Origin: a virus
Lineage: Duplodnaviria; Caudoviricetes
Length of the DNA: 64,000 nucleotides
Virus record (IMG/VR): IMGVR_UViG_3300036762_000188
Strand: one strand, 5' to 3'
The position numbers and the translations under genes are program-made. Under the pieces are notes generated by a model. That model had not been told where the DNA came from. It did not search any database and saw only the letters and a program-made list of their open reading frames with translations. Below are positions 1 through 8,535 of the stretch, in pieces. How positions within the stretch are numbered: the first letter of the stretch is position 1; every line of letters begins with the position of its first letter.

Positions 1-1
1 G

Positions 2-313
2 CTGGCGTCTTACATAAAAGCCTATAAATGCAAGTATAAGAGTATACCTGCATTCTTAGAGGCTTGCTACCTTACTGGTATTAATGGGGATTATATCTAT
101 ATACCAGACCTAATAGGTAGTACGGAGGGCGTCACGGAAGAGCTAATTGATAAGGCTGAAGAACTTAGCGAACGCGTACTCTTGGAAATTAATAACAAAT
201 ACGTGGATGACAAAATAGAGGAGCTTGAATTACGGATGAAAACATTGAAGCTAAATATAGATACTAGCCTCTTGCAGTTTCTGGAGGCTCTAAGGAGTAA
301 ACATGAGACTTGA
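2..313 (+). CDS. Hypothetical protein, 5'-truncated by the window edge
   Basis: Frame 2 is open from base 2 to TGA at 311-313 (LASYIKAYKC...LEALRSKHET*) and overlaps the next ATG; not in the ORF track. Confidence 0.7.
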   Translation: MASYIKAYKCKYKSIPAFLEACYLTGINGDYIYIPDLIGSTEGVTEELIDKAEELSERVLLEINNKYVDDKIEELELRMKTLKLNIDTSLLQFLEALRSKHET

Positions 314-728
314 CAGATTATTAAACAGCATGTCTGATATGACACCGTCTGCAGAGAAAGATCTCTGCACATTACCCTTTATAAAGATGGGTGTCGACGC
401 AGTAGCGTCTACCTCTTCACAACTATTCTACCGTTGCATGCGAAACGGTGATCTTATAAAGGACGCCATGTCCGGCAAGCTATTGATAGTGGACATGGTT
501 ATAGATACCCCGCTAAATGATATATTAGTAAGGTACCTAATGGAACTACAGCAGCACGGTTATTCTAGACATCCCGATAGGTTGATACTAGAATTATTGG
601 CCGCAGTAGTATCTTACGGAGAAGACTGCCTTCGTAAGAATGATATAGTGGGCGCATGTAGAGTGCAGTCCGAATGGCGCAAGATAGGCGCTGTATGTGA
701 AGAAGTATGGGTTAACATAGCGGCCTAG
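303..728 (+). CDS. Hypothetical protein
   Basis: 141-aa ORF, AAGGAG RBS upstream, followed by a terminator. Confidence 0.7.
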   Translation: MRLDRLLNSMSDMTPSAEKDLCTLPFIKMGVDAVASTSSQLFYRCMRNGDLIKDAMSGKLLIVDMVIDTPLNDILVRYLMELQQHGYSRHPDRLILELLAAVVSYGEDCLRKNDIVGACRVQSEWRKIGAVCEEVWVNIAA

Positions 729-742
729 GCCGCTTAACTATA

Positions 743-774
743 GGAGCAGGTACCCCCCCCCTGCTCCATTTTTT
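743..774 (+). terminator. Intrinsic terminator
   Basis: GGAGCAGG/CCTGCTCC stem followed by a T run. Confidence 0.6.
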
Positions 775-784
775 AGATTACGCA

Positions 785-796
785 GGTATAAATACA
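785..796 (+). promoter_or_regulatory. Class A (early-type) promoter motif, GGTATAAATA
   Basis: Variant of the recurring G(G/T)TATAAGTA motif, upstream of nrdA. Confidence 0.45.
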
Positions 797-864
797 ATGT
801 GGTATTGACATGGCTACCTCTGCGTATTAACATTGCAGGTAGTTTTTTACATTAGGAGAAGTTG

Positions 865-2670
865 ATGACTGAGTACTTAGGTATTAATATCGATTACAGT
901 AGAGATCGAATTATACCGGAACAGGGATTGTTAATGTTGACCACTAAGGGTTTCTATAAAACTGAGTGGGAGGGTTCTCCTCAAGAATCTTTTGCTAGAG
1001 CATCTACTTGCTACTGTTTCGGCGACTATGAATTAGCTAAGCGTATATATGACGCAGTGTCTAGTAAATGGTTTACATTCGCCAGTCCAGTGCTGAGCAC
1101 CGCTATTGAGATAGAGTGGCCGCGGGACTTGAGAGATTTCGAAGCTTATGGAGATTGGCTAGAGGATAACATAGACACTCCATCAGGCCTGCCTATAAGT
1201 TGTTTCTTAAATAGTATTGAGGACACTAAGGAGAGTCTAGTAGACACGCGTACGGAGGCTAACCTGCTGAGTATGAGTGGCGGCGGTATCGGTGTATACT
1301 TTGGTAACCGCTCCCCAGATGAGAAATCTACAGGTGTAATGGCGCACTTAGCTGGATGGGACGCCGACTGCCTATCATATAAACAGACCAGCTCACGCCG
1401 CGGTAGTATAGCAGCGTATTTAGATATCACTCACCCTGAAATCATTAAGTTCATACGTACCCGTAATCCTATCGGCGGTAAGAACTTTAACATAAATACA
1501 GGTGTTAACATTACCGATAAGTTTATGAAAGCCGTTATAAATGGCGATGACTATGAGCTTATCGATCCTAAGCATGGACCTACGGGGATATTCCTATCAG
1601 CACGAGAAGTGTGGGAAGATTTAATGGATCAGCGCTTTGAGACCGGCGAACCGTACCTATGTTTCATTGATACTATCAATCGTAGCCGTCCGCCACAGAT
1701 AACTAAGGCCCTGTATAATGTCCGCCAGAGTAACCTATGTTCAGAGATTACTCTTATGACGTCTAATAAGCGTACGGCTGTGTGCTGCCTATCGTCTCTA
1801 AACTTGGATAAGTACGATGAGTGGAAGGATACTACGCTAGTAGCAGACTTGGTAAGATTCTTAGATAACGTGCTAGAGTACTTCATTAGACTGGCCCCTC
1901 CGGGTTTAAGCAAGGCAGTATACTCCGCCCGTAAAGAGCGCGCTATAGGCCTCGGTACTTTAGGGTTCCATAGCTATCTACAGCGTAAAGGCGTACCATT
2001 CGAGTCCGGTGGTCTAGGAAGCGCTTCACAGATAAACTTTAACATATACCGTAATATCAAGGCCCAGGCAGTAGAGTCTAGTAAGGTACTGGCTAGTGAA
2101 CGAGGAGAGCCTGATGACTGTGTAGGAAGCGGCATGCGTAATAGTCATTTACTGGCTATAGCTCCTAACGCCAGCAGCTCATCCCTTGTCAACGTCAGTC
2201 CTTCTATCGAACCGTGGGCCGCTAACGCGTTCTCTGCCGAAGGTCGTGCCGGTGCATTCTTGATAAAGAACCCGCACTTAGTAACGGCTTTAGAGGAGTT
2301 AAATCTTAATACTGCGGATATGTGGGCTCGCATAGTTAAGGCAGAGGGTTCTATTCAGGGTATAGAGGAGATTCCCGAGAGCGTACGTAGAGTATTTAAG
2401 ACTAGCTTCGAGATAGACCAGATGTGGATCATAGAACACGCTGCTATCCGGGCTCCTGAAGTATGCCAGAGTCAGTCGGTGAATACCTTCTTGCTGCCCG
2501 GCAGTACTGCTCAGATGGCTAGTGATATCTGTATTGCCGCCTGGGCTAAAGGCGTCAAGTCTTTATATTACTGCCGTTCAGATGCACCGGTCAGCGCCAG
2601 TGTATCACGATCGGATACCGTACGGTCTAGTAAACCCTCCGAGCCAGCGTGCTTATCTTGTGAAGGATGA
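865..2670 (+). CDS. nrdA: Ribonucleoside-diphosphate reductase class Ia alpha subunit (short, no ATP cone)
   Basis: Motifs PISCFL, QSNLCSEI, VCCLSSLNL, RAIGLG, AIAPNASSS, KSLYYCR and C-terminal CLSCEG. Confidence 0.95.
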   Translation: MTEYLGINIDYSRDRIIPEQGLLMLTTKGFYKTEWEGSPQESFARASTCYCFGDYELAKRIYDAVSSKWFTFASPVLSTAIEIEWPRDLRDFEAYGDWLEDNIDTPSGLPISCFLNSIEDTKESLVDTRTEANLLSMSGGGIGVYFGNRSPDEKSTGVMAHLAGWDADCLSYKQTSSRRGSIAAYLDITHPEIIKFIRTRNPIGGKNFNINTGVNITDKFMKAVINGDDYELIDPKHGPTGIFLSAREVWEDLMDQRFETGEPYLCFIDTINRSRPPQITKALYNVRQSNLCSEITLMTSNKRTAVCCLSSLNLDKYDEWKDTTLVADLVRFLDNVLEYFIRLAPPGLSKAVYSARKERAIGLGTLGFHSYLQRKGVPFESGGLGSASQINFNIYRNIKAQAVESSKVLASERGEPDDCVGSGMRNSHLLAIAPNASSSSLVNVSPSIEPWAANAFSAEGRAGAFLIKNPHLVTALEELNLNTADMWARIVKAEGSIQGIEEIPESVRRVFKTSFEIDQMWIIEHAAIRAPEVCQSQSVNTFLLPGSTAQMASDICIAAWAKGVKSLYYCRSDAPVSASVSRSDTVRSSKPSEPACLSCEG

Positions 2671-2930
2671 ATGTAATGAATAGTAATGAAGCGATAATCC
2701 AGGCCCTTGATTCGGTACGTAGACTATACGCTAAGGAGATAGATGATATTGACAGTAAGATACGTACGGCTGCTGGTATGGGGAAGTTCTATGTGTCCAT
2801 AGATCTAACTGATTACCGTAGTGATATCACTCCTATGAAGGACGCCTTAGTTAACTTGTATAGATATAAATCTTTCACCGTGAAGTTACCTTTACCTGGT
2901 AGCGTGATTAACCTGGAGTGGCCTTTATGA
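2667..2930 (+). CDS. Hypothetical protein between nrdA and nrdB
   Basis: 87-aa ORF overlapping both neighbours (translational coupling). Confidence 0.65.
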   Translation: MNVMNSNEAIIQALDSVRRLYAKEIDDIDSKIRTAAGMGKFYVSIDLTDYRSDITPMKDALVNLYRYKSFTVKLPLPGSVINLEWPL

Positions 2931-3925
2931 TTATCTTTGAGCCTACACGTACGTACCACCCGTTTAAGGCGGCGTGGGCCATGGAGCTGGCAGAAGAACA
3001 CTCTATCAGTCTATACTGGGATAAGCATCAGCTTGAGTTTACGGATGACATCCGTCAGTATCACTCTAAGGATGGCCTTAAGACTGCTAACGTCAGCCAT
3101 GAGTCTAACAAGAACATGCTGGCTAAAAATCTTAGCGTATTCACCCAGAGTGATGTAGCGGTAGGAGAGTTGTACTGCCGACTGCTACCTTACGTTAAGA
3201 ACAATGAGATACGCAATTGGTTCATGGTGGCTGCTGCCCGTGAATCTACGCACCAGAGATGTTACGCTGCTGCGGTGGAGGAGTTAGGGTTCCCCGAGTC
3301 TACATGGGGTGAGTTCATGGAGTATAAAGCCATGAGCGATAAGATCGATCTTATTAGTGCTGCTAGTGAAGATCTATCTAAGCCTATAAACTTCGCTAAG
3401 ACTCTAGCACAACTTCTGTTGGCTGAGGGTATTGCCTTATTCGGAGCCTTCGCTAGTATGCTCAATCTTAAGCGCTTCGGGCTTATGATGGGTGTTAACA
3501 AGATTAACGAATGGTCACTTCGAGATGAAGAGCGTCACGTATACGGTAACATACTCGCGTTGAACGACGTCAAGTCTTACCTAACCGATGTAGAGTTGGT
3601 AGAGTTAAATGAGTTCATAGTAGAGGCAGTTACTCGTTATCGTGCAGCTGAGCATAAGTTCATCGAGCTAGCATACGAGATGGGTCCTCAGGAAGGTATG
3701 ACTGAGGGAGACATGAAGGACTACATAGATTACCTATGTGATTTACGATTAGAGCGTCTAGGGCTAGATCCTATCTACGGCACTAAAGATAACCCTTTAG
3801 AGTGGATGGATTGGTTACTAACAGGGCGTAAGCACGTTAACTTCTTTGAGAATCGTGTATCTCAGTATGATCACTTAGGATTGATAGGTGGTGTAGAATA
3901 CGATAAGTACGCATCTTATCTATAA
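2918..3925 (+). CDS. nrdB: Ribonucleoside-diphosphate reductase beta subunit (start may be ATG 2927)
   Basis: Di-metal ligands FTQSD, RESTH..Y, EGIALF, RDEERH and C-terminal NFFE. Confidence 0.95.
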   Translation: MAFMIIFEPTRTYHPFKAAWAMELAEEHSISLYWDKHQLEFTDDIRQYHSKDGLKTANVSHESNKNMLAKNLSVFTQSDVAVGELYCRLLPYVKNNEIRNWFMVAAARESTHQRCYAAAVEELGFPESTWGEFMEYKAMSDKIDLISAASEDLSKPINFAKTLAQLLLAEGIALFGAFASMLNLKRFGLMMGVNKINEWSLRDEERHVYGNILALNDVKSYLTDVELVELNEFIVEAVTRYRAAEHKFIELAYEMGPQEGMTEGDMKDYIDYLCDLRLERLGLDPIYGTKDNPLEWMDWLLTGRKHVNFFENRVSQYDHLGLIGGVEYDKYASYL

Positions 3926-3931
3926 GGGTAC

Positions 3932-3957
3932 CCCCTCTTACTTAAAAAGAGGGGTTT
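3932..3957 (+). terminator. Probable intrinsic terminator after nrdB
   Basis: CCCCTCTT/AAGAGGGG stem with a short T tail. Confidence 0.45.
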
Positions 3958-3958
3958 A

Positions 3959-3970
3959 GTTATAAACATA
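3959..3970 (+). promoter_or_regulatory. Class A promoter motif upstream of the ubiquitin-like operon
   Basis: GTTATAAACATA about 45 nt before ATG 4014. Confidence 0.5.
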
Positions 3971-4013
3971 TTGTAAGGGAACTTACGATCTCCAATATTT
4001 AAAGGAACATTAA

Positions 4014-5105
4014 ATGTCTAATACTATCGTTAATATCCCAGGCCGTGAATCACAAACTCTTACTGGTATGGTCCTGAGCGAGAAGGAAGTTCGCGACGCG
4101 TACGCAGGTGTGATCGACCTCGGTTCTTACGTAGCCACTACAACTAAATCTGGAGATGATACTATTATCACCTTCGCTAACCGTACTGGCACTAAAGGTG
4201 CTGATACTATCGTTAATATCCCTGGTCGTGAGTCTCAGACCCTTACTGGTATGGTCTTGAGCGAGAAAGACGTCCGTGACGCGTACGCAGGTGTAATTGA
4301 CCTAGGCTCTTACGTAGCTACAACTACTACTTCAGGCGGTAACACTGTTATTACCTTCGCTAACCGTACTGGCACTAAAGGTGCTGATACTATCGTTAAT
4401 ATCCCAGGCCGAGAATCCCAGACTCTTACGGGTATGGTCCTGAGTGAGAAAGACGTCCGCGATGCTTACGCAGGTGTGATTGACTTAGGCTCTTACGTAG
4501 CTACAACTACTACTTCAGGCGGTAACACTGTTATTACCTTCGCTAACCGTACTGGTACTAAGGGTGCCACTGCAGTGATTATTGATGGTGTCCAGGTCCT
4601 GTCTACTCCGGTAGATATGGATGAAGAGGATGTGCTGGATATCCTTGAGTCGGGCGCCTTTGGCGATGTCACTGACTACGAGTATACTACTCAGGAAGTA
4701 GGTAATACTACCTTCATGACTTTCACCCCAGTTATGGGTGAACTCGAGGCTCTTTTAAATAAGAACAAGCCTGTAGATTTGAAGGCCCTATTACTGCAAG
4801 GGCTAGTTGATAGTGACTCTTCAGACTTAGAGGAAGATGAGGGTGAAGACTATTATTGTTTTGATGAGTTTGATGAGTTTGATGAAGGCGAGGAGGACGA
4901 AGACGAGGTAACCTCTACCGAAGTTATCATCGACGGTATGACGCCTCGTGTTCTACAGGGCATCATAATGGATGCTAGTATGCTGATCGCAGCTTACCGT
5001 GACACTATTGACTTAAGCCAGTATGTAGCAGAAGAGCGTGTGCAGGGCAGTGTACTTAAGGTATATTTTACAAAACGCCAAGGTGCTAAAGGTGCCCTGG
5101 CGTAA
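4014..5105 (+). CDS. Polyubiquitin-like precursor: tandem prokaryotic Ubl (Prok_Ub / PRTRC protein C-like) domains
   Basis: Three 61-aa repeats ending RTGTKG (G62, G123, G184), a degenerate 4th unit, an acidic tract, and a 5th unit ending RQGAKG-ALA; VRDAYA and GTKG match PRTRC-C type Ubls; adjacent to E2, JAB and E1 genes. Confidence 0.8.
   Translation: MSNTIVNIPGRESQTLTGMVLSEKEVRDAYAGVIDLGSYVATTTKSGDDTIITFANRTGTKGADTIVNIPGRESQTLTGMVLSEKDVRDAYAGVIDLGSYVATTTTSGGNTVITFANRTGTKGADTIVNIPGRESQTLTGMVLSEKDVRDAYAGVIDLGSYVATTTTSGGNTVITFANRTGTKGATAVIIDGVQVLSTPVDMDEEDVLDILESGAFGDVTDYEYTTQEVGNTTFMTFTPVMGELEALLNKNKPVDLKALLLQGLVDSDSSDLEEDEGEDYYCFDEFDEFDEGEEDEDEVTSTEVIIDGMTPRVLQGIIMDASMLIAAYRDTIDLSQYVAEERVQGSVLKVYFTKRQGAKGALA
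4017..4565 (+). repeat. 3 x 183-bp tandem coding repeat
   Basis: Directly visible; the units differ mostly at synonymous positions. Confidence 0.95.
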
Positions 5106-5111
5106 TTAAAT

Positions 5112-5133
5112 AAGGGGCTTCGGCCCCTTTTTT
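5112..5133 (+). terminator. Intrinsic terminator inside the Ubl operon
   Basis: AAGGGGC-TTCG-GCCCCTT-TTTT. Confidence 0.8.
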
Positions 5134-5150
5134 ATTAAGGGTATTTTAAG

Positions 5151-5672
5151 ATGGATTTTAGATCTTCTTGCATGGCAAGAATACGCACTCTATTAGAAGA
5201 GTACGGTTCTACTAACGGATTACACCTACCAATCGGAGCTATAAATAGCACTTTAGGTTATATAGGGCCTTCAGGAGGCGTCTCTAATAATAATAATAGA
5301 TTAATTTACTTAATGGTGGGCGCCTTGACAGAACCTGCCAGTTATAACCACTGGCTTTTAAATGGCAGATCTATACCTATATATCTAGAGCATAACGCTA
5401 GTGTATGTATAGGCGTAGTGAGTGGGTATAGAGAACAGTTAATGGAGCAGCTCGAAAGGCTACATGGGGCTACTGTATCTATCGTACACATGAGTGATAC
5501 AGTGTCTACTGTAAGGATTAGATTTCAAGGAGGAACCCTTGAAGGCGTTATGGCTTCTTTAGTGCAGTTACGACAGATTATATCTGATATGGTTCTTAGT
5601 GGCAGGGCGTATGGATCTACTATACCTAACGTAAGTTATATGCTAGAGGAGGGTTCACATGGAACTTCTTGA
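5151..5672 (+). CDS. Hypothetical protein in the Ubl operon
   Basis: 173-aa ORF, co-oriented, overlaps the next gene. Confidence 0.7.
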   Translation: MDFRSSCMARIRTLLEEYGSTNGLHLPIGAINSTLGYIGPSGGVSNNNNRLIYLMVGALTEPASYNHWLLNGRSIPIYLEHNASVCIGVVSGYREQLMEQLERLHGATVSIVHMSDTVSTVRIRFQGGTLEGVMASLVQLRQIISDMVLSGRAYGSTIPNVSYMLEEGSHGTS

Positions 5673-5931
5673 GGCTATACTCGCCGTAGAGTCTAATGTA
5701 GCCGCGTCCCCTTTAGACGCAGCCGCAGAAGAGCTAATGACATTAGAAGCCAGGGTCCCTGATATCAGCTCTATAAGTGAGGTACTGCGCGTATTAGAGC
5801 GTGGCAATGACCTGCTTAACACTATCAATAGAGGTCCAGATCGTTACTGGCATAGCACATATAATAGTGTGTTCAACTTACAAAGGATATTATCCGTACC
5901 AACTTGTTCAGCAGGAGTGATTTATGTCTAG
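5659..5931 (+). CDS. Hypothetical protein in the Ubl operon
   Basis: 90-aa ORF with GAGGAG RBS, overlaps the E2 start. Confidence 0.7.
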   Translation: MELLEAILAVESNVAASPLDAAAEELMTLEARVPDISSISEVLRVLERGNDLLNTINRGPDRYWHSTYNSVFNLQRILSVPTCSAGVIYV

Positions 5932-6556
5932 TTTAATTATAAGCATGGACCGTAAGGATATCGTAACCGTAAAGGATGCTACAGGCAGCCACTTGAAAAC
6001 TATGTCGGTAACGTCATTTATAAACCTGCTTAAAGCCCTTAATCCAGAGGCCGTGGATTCCGTAGGGCGCCCTATATCCCTTCCTACCAGTATACTTACC
6101 ATAGCAGGTTCCCCTGCTCTATATAGTATATCTATGTACTTTCCCGAAAAAGAGGCTGTTGTACGGTGTAGCGGCACTAATTATAACATCGTACTCCCTA
6201 ATATAGTGCTAGAGATAGACCTGACCGAAGGTCCTGGATGCTGGACTATCACTAGAACTAGATGGATAATGACTGACAAGAGCCGGGTTGATTATAAACC
6301 TGAGTACGGTAAAGTTCTAGCTATGCCTAACGTGTATAGCGGCGGCAGTATGTGCTACGGCGGTAACGCACTACCCGGCAGGATCTACCATGATTGGACT
6401 ATACTAGATAGCCTGTATCATGATGTATTACTGAAATCTCCATTCAACAATGACCTAGGTGTACCTGGAGTTGGTGCAAGTGCCGACGACTGGTTAAAAA
6501 CCCTTAGCGATCGCCGACTTAACGGTGATAAATTCCCATATGAAAGATTCTTCTGA
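5924..6556 (+). CDS. Prokaryotic E2 ubiquitin-conjugating-like enzyme (Prok-E2 family D / PRTRC protein B-like)
   Basis: PNVYSGGSMCYG (Cys144) matches the E2 PNV..xG.iC catalytic motif; downstream SPFN. Confidence 0.8.
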   Translation: MSSLIISMDRKDIVTVKDATGSHLKTMSVTSFINLLKALNPEAVDSVGRPISLPTSILTIAGSPALYSISMYFPEKEAVVRCSGTNYNIVLPNIVLEIDLTEGPGCWTITRTRWIMTDKSRVDYKPEYGKVLAMPNVYSGGSMCYGGNALPGRIYHDWTILDSLYHDVLLKSPFNNDLGVPGVGASADDWLKTLSDRRLNGDKFPYERFF

Positions 6557-6563
6557 GGCTAAT

Positions 6564-7637
6564 ATGTCTATTATCATAAACCCTATTACTACCGTGTTAC
6601 TTAATCATACAGAAGTGGATGACCCTAAGTACAATCACTTCATGTTCAAATATGTGCTGGAGAAGGACCTGACGTTAACTAGTACGTCTGTCATGACCGG
6701 TGGACGGTTTATCAAGAAGTACATAGCCAACCTGGCCGGTAAGAAACTACCTGCCGACGAGATACAGCCACTAGTTAACGGGGTTAAGATCCCTATCCTC
6801 ATCATGCATCAGATCCATAAGTTCTTCATTGATGTTATGAAATTGCATTCTGGCAGTGAAGCGCAAGCTTTTGTGGTCATGAGAGACGGTGAGTACAAGA
6901 TATTAATCCCTGAGCAGACAGTAAGCGGGGCTGCTGTAACCTATGACCTGACTAAGGAATTATTACCGGGCGATATTATAGTTATGGATATACACTCCCA
7001 TAACTCTATGGCTGCGTTCTGGTCCGGTACAGATAACCGTGATGATAGTAAGAATACATGGATCTCTGGAGTATTCGGCAAGGTAAATACTAAGCTGGAG
7101 TATAAGTTCCGCTTCAGTGATGCTACAGGGTCTCATTATGATCTTGACATTAAGGACGTCTTTGAAGAGGCTGCCGAGGTATCGATACCTGCAGAGTGGG
7201 TATCTAATGTAAAAAAGTCGGTACTCTCACGAGCGCCTATAAGCAATTACCCCGGGTTATACCGAGGCCCTTCGAAGCCGAAGAAGTGGAAGCAGAGCCC
7301 GGGCTCTTTAGAATGGGTTGGTGGAACAGACTATTCAGAGGATGATCTATCCTTAGATACAATGATCACCTCTCTAGAAGATGCCTTAGTGGAGGACGAG
7401 TTGGTAGATATAATGACAGACATGATCGACCCGTATGCAGGGGATCGCCTAATGGTTAGTAAGGTACTGTCTAGTCTGGAAAACGCCTTCAGTGGTAACG
7501 GTAATATAGACGTATCGTTCCCTATAGGTGCCGAGAACCTATTCCATAAAACTCACACTGTATTATCAGGATATGGTACCGATAACAGTACCATACTGAC
7601 GTCACTAGCTACCGTAAAGGGTATGTACAATGTTTGA
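6564..7637 (+). CDS. JAB/MPN+ metallo-isopeptidase (PRTRC protein A-like) with C-terminal extension
   Basis: Upstream catalytic E (SEAQAF), PEQTVS, and DIHSHNSMAAFWSGTDNRDD = HxH-x7-S-x2-D JAMM motif; start at ATG 6564 after GAGG. Confidence 0.88.
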   Translation: MSIIINPITTVLLNHTEVDDPKYNHFMFKYVLEKDLTLTSTSVMTGGRFIKKYIANLAGKKLPADEIQPLVNGVKIPILIMHQIHKFFIDVMKLHSGSEAQAFVVMRDGEYKILIPEQTVSGAAVTYDLTKELLPGDIIVMDIHSHNSMAAFWSGTDNRDDSKNTWISGVFGKVNTKLEYKFRFSDATGSHYDLDIKDVFEEAAEVSIPAEWVSNVKKSVLSRAPISNYPGLYRGPSKPKKWKQSPGSLEWVGGTDYSEDDLSLDTMITSLEDALVEDELVDIMTDMIDPYAGDRLMVSKVLSSLENAFSGNGNIDVSFPIGAENLFHKTHTVLSGYGTDNSTILTSLATVKGMYNV

Positions 7638-8535
7638 GAGAAAATTTGAAAGCATAATATCTACAGTAGTAGTTATTGGATGCGGAGGTACTGGCTCTCG
7701 AGCCATACCTTTGATGGTGCAGATACTTAAGAATAGCCCTCGGGCGTTAGCGCCTCGCTTAGTACTTATCGATGATGACGTAGTGGAGCATAAGAACTTA
7801 GCACGTCAGAATTTTATCAACCAGGATGTTGGCAGAAGTAAGGCAGAGGTATTGGCCGAGAGGTATTCTGTTGCAATGGACTTCCCTATTGTATCCAATA
7901 AAGCTCGTATATCTGGTAACAATCTCGTAAATGTAGTAGATCAAGCTATGCATGGAAGAGGTTGGCCTTCTATCCGTGGTACACATAGTCCTATATTCAT
8001 ACTATGTGTAGATACCATGGAGGCTCGCATGGATATACTAAAACAGTTGCCGGGTGGATCTATTGTAATAGAGGCTGGTAACGAGGATACCTTCGGTAAC
8101 GTCACGGTGTTTGACGTAAGTGAATTCCGAGGTGCTAACGAAGCAACTCCATTCTATGGAACTGTGGAGATACCTGTAATACCAGCCCCGGTAGCACGAT
8201 ACGAACATGCATTAAAAAACCCGTCGGTTAAAACGGGTTCCTGTGCAGATTTAGATCAATCTGCTGCCATCAACAACTTGATGGCCGCAGGGATAAACAC
8301 TATACTCCAGAATATATCGTATGGTATACCTCTAAGATATCGTACTAAATTCTATGATCTGGCAGGTAGTGATCATACAGAGATAATGAACGTACACTGG
8401 TATAATCAGGAGTATAAGTGTGCTGGTATAAAAACTGCGATGCCAATGGCACATACGGCTAGGGCTGATGCTCTGAATCGAGACTTAGCAGCAGCCCGTA
8501 AGATACCTAAAGAACTACTTGCTGCTATAGCCTAG
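7630..8535 (+). CDS. E1/ThiF-family Ubl-activating enzyme (PRTRC ThiF-like)
   Basis: VIGCGGTGS, DDDVVEHKNLARQNF, GRSKAEVLA, LCVD..EAR and candidate catalytic GSCAD (Cys205). Confidence 0.9.
   Translation: MFERKFESIISTVVVIGCGGTGSRAIPLMVQILKNSPRALAPRLVLIDDDVVEHKNLARQNFINQDVGRSKAEVLAERYSVAMDFPIVSNKARISGNNLVNVVDQAMHGRGWPSIRGTHSPIFILCVDTMEARMDILKQLPGGSIVIEAGNEDTFGNVTVFDVSEFRGANEATPFYGTVEIPVIPAPVARYEHALKNPSVKTGSCADLDQSAAINNLMAAGINTILQNISYGIPLRYRTKFYDLAGSDHTEIMNVHWYNQEYKCAGIKTAMPMAHTARADALNRDLAAARKIPKELLAAIA

Noticed and set aside
4017-4565. Tandem repeats as a CRISPR array or assembly artefact
   Set aside because: They are in-frame 183-bp coding units with no spacers and with synonymous divergence.
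5142-5148. TATTTTA (class B motif, minus strand) before the 5151 gene
   Set aside because: It lies in the RBS spacer of a plus-strand gene with no minus-strand gene downstream; likely chance.
7630-8535. ThiF/MoeB as a thiamine or molybdopterin biosynthesis gene
   Set aside because: No thiG/thiS/moaE context; the neighbours are E2, JAB and GTKG-ending Ubls.
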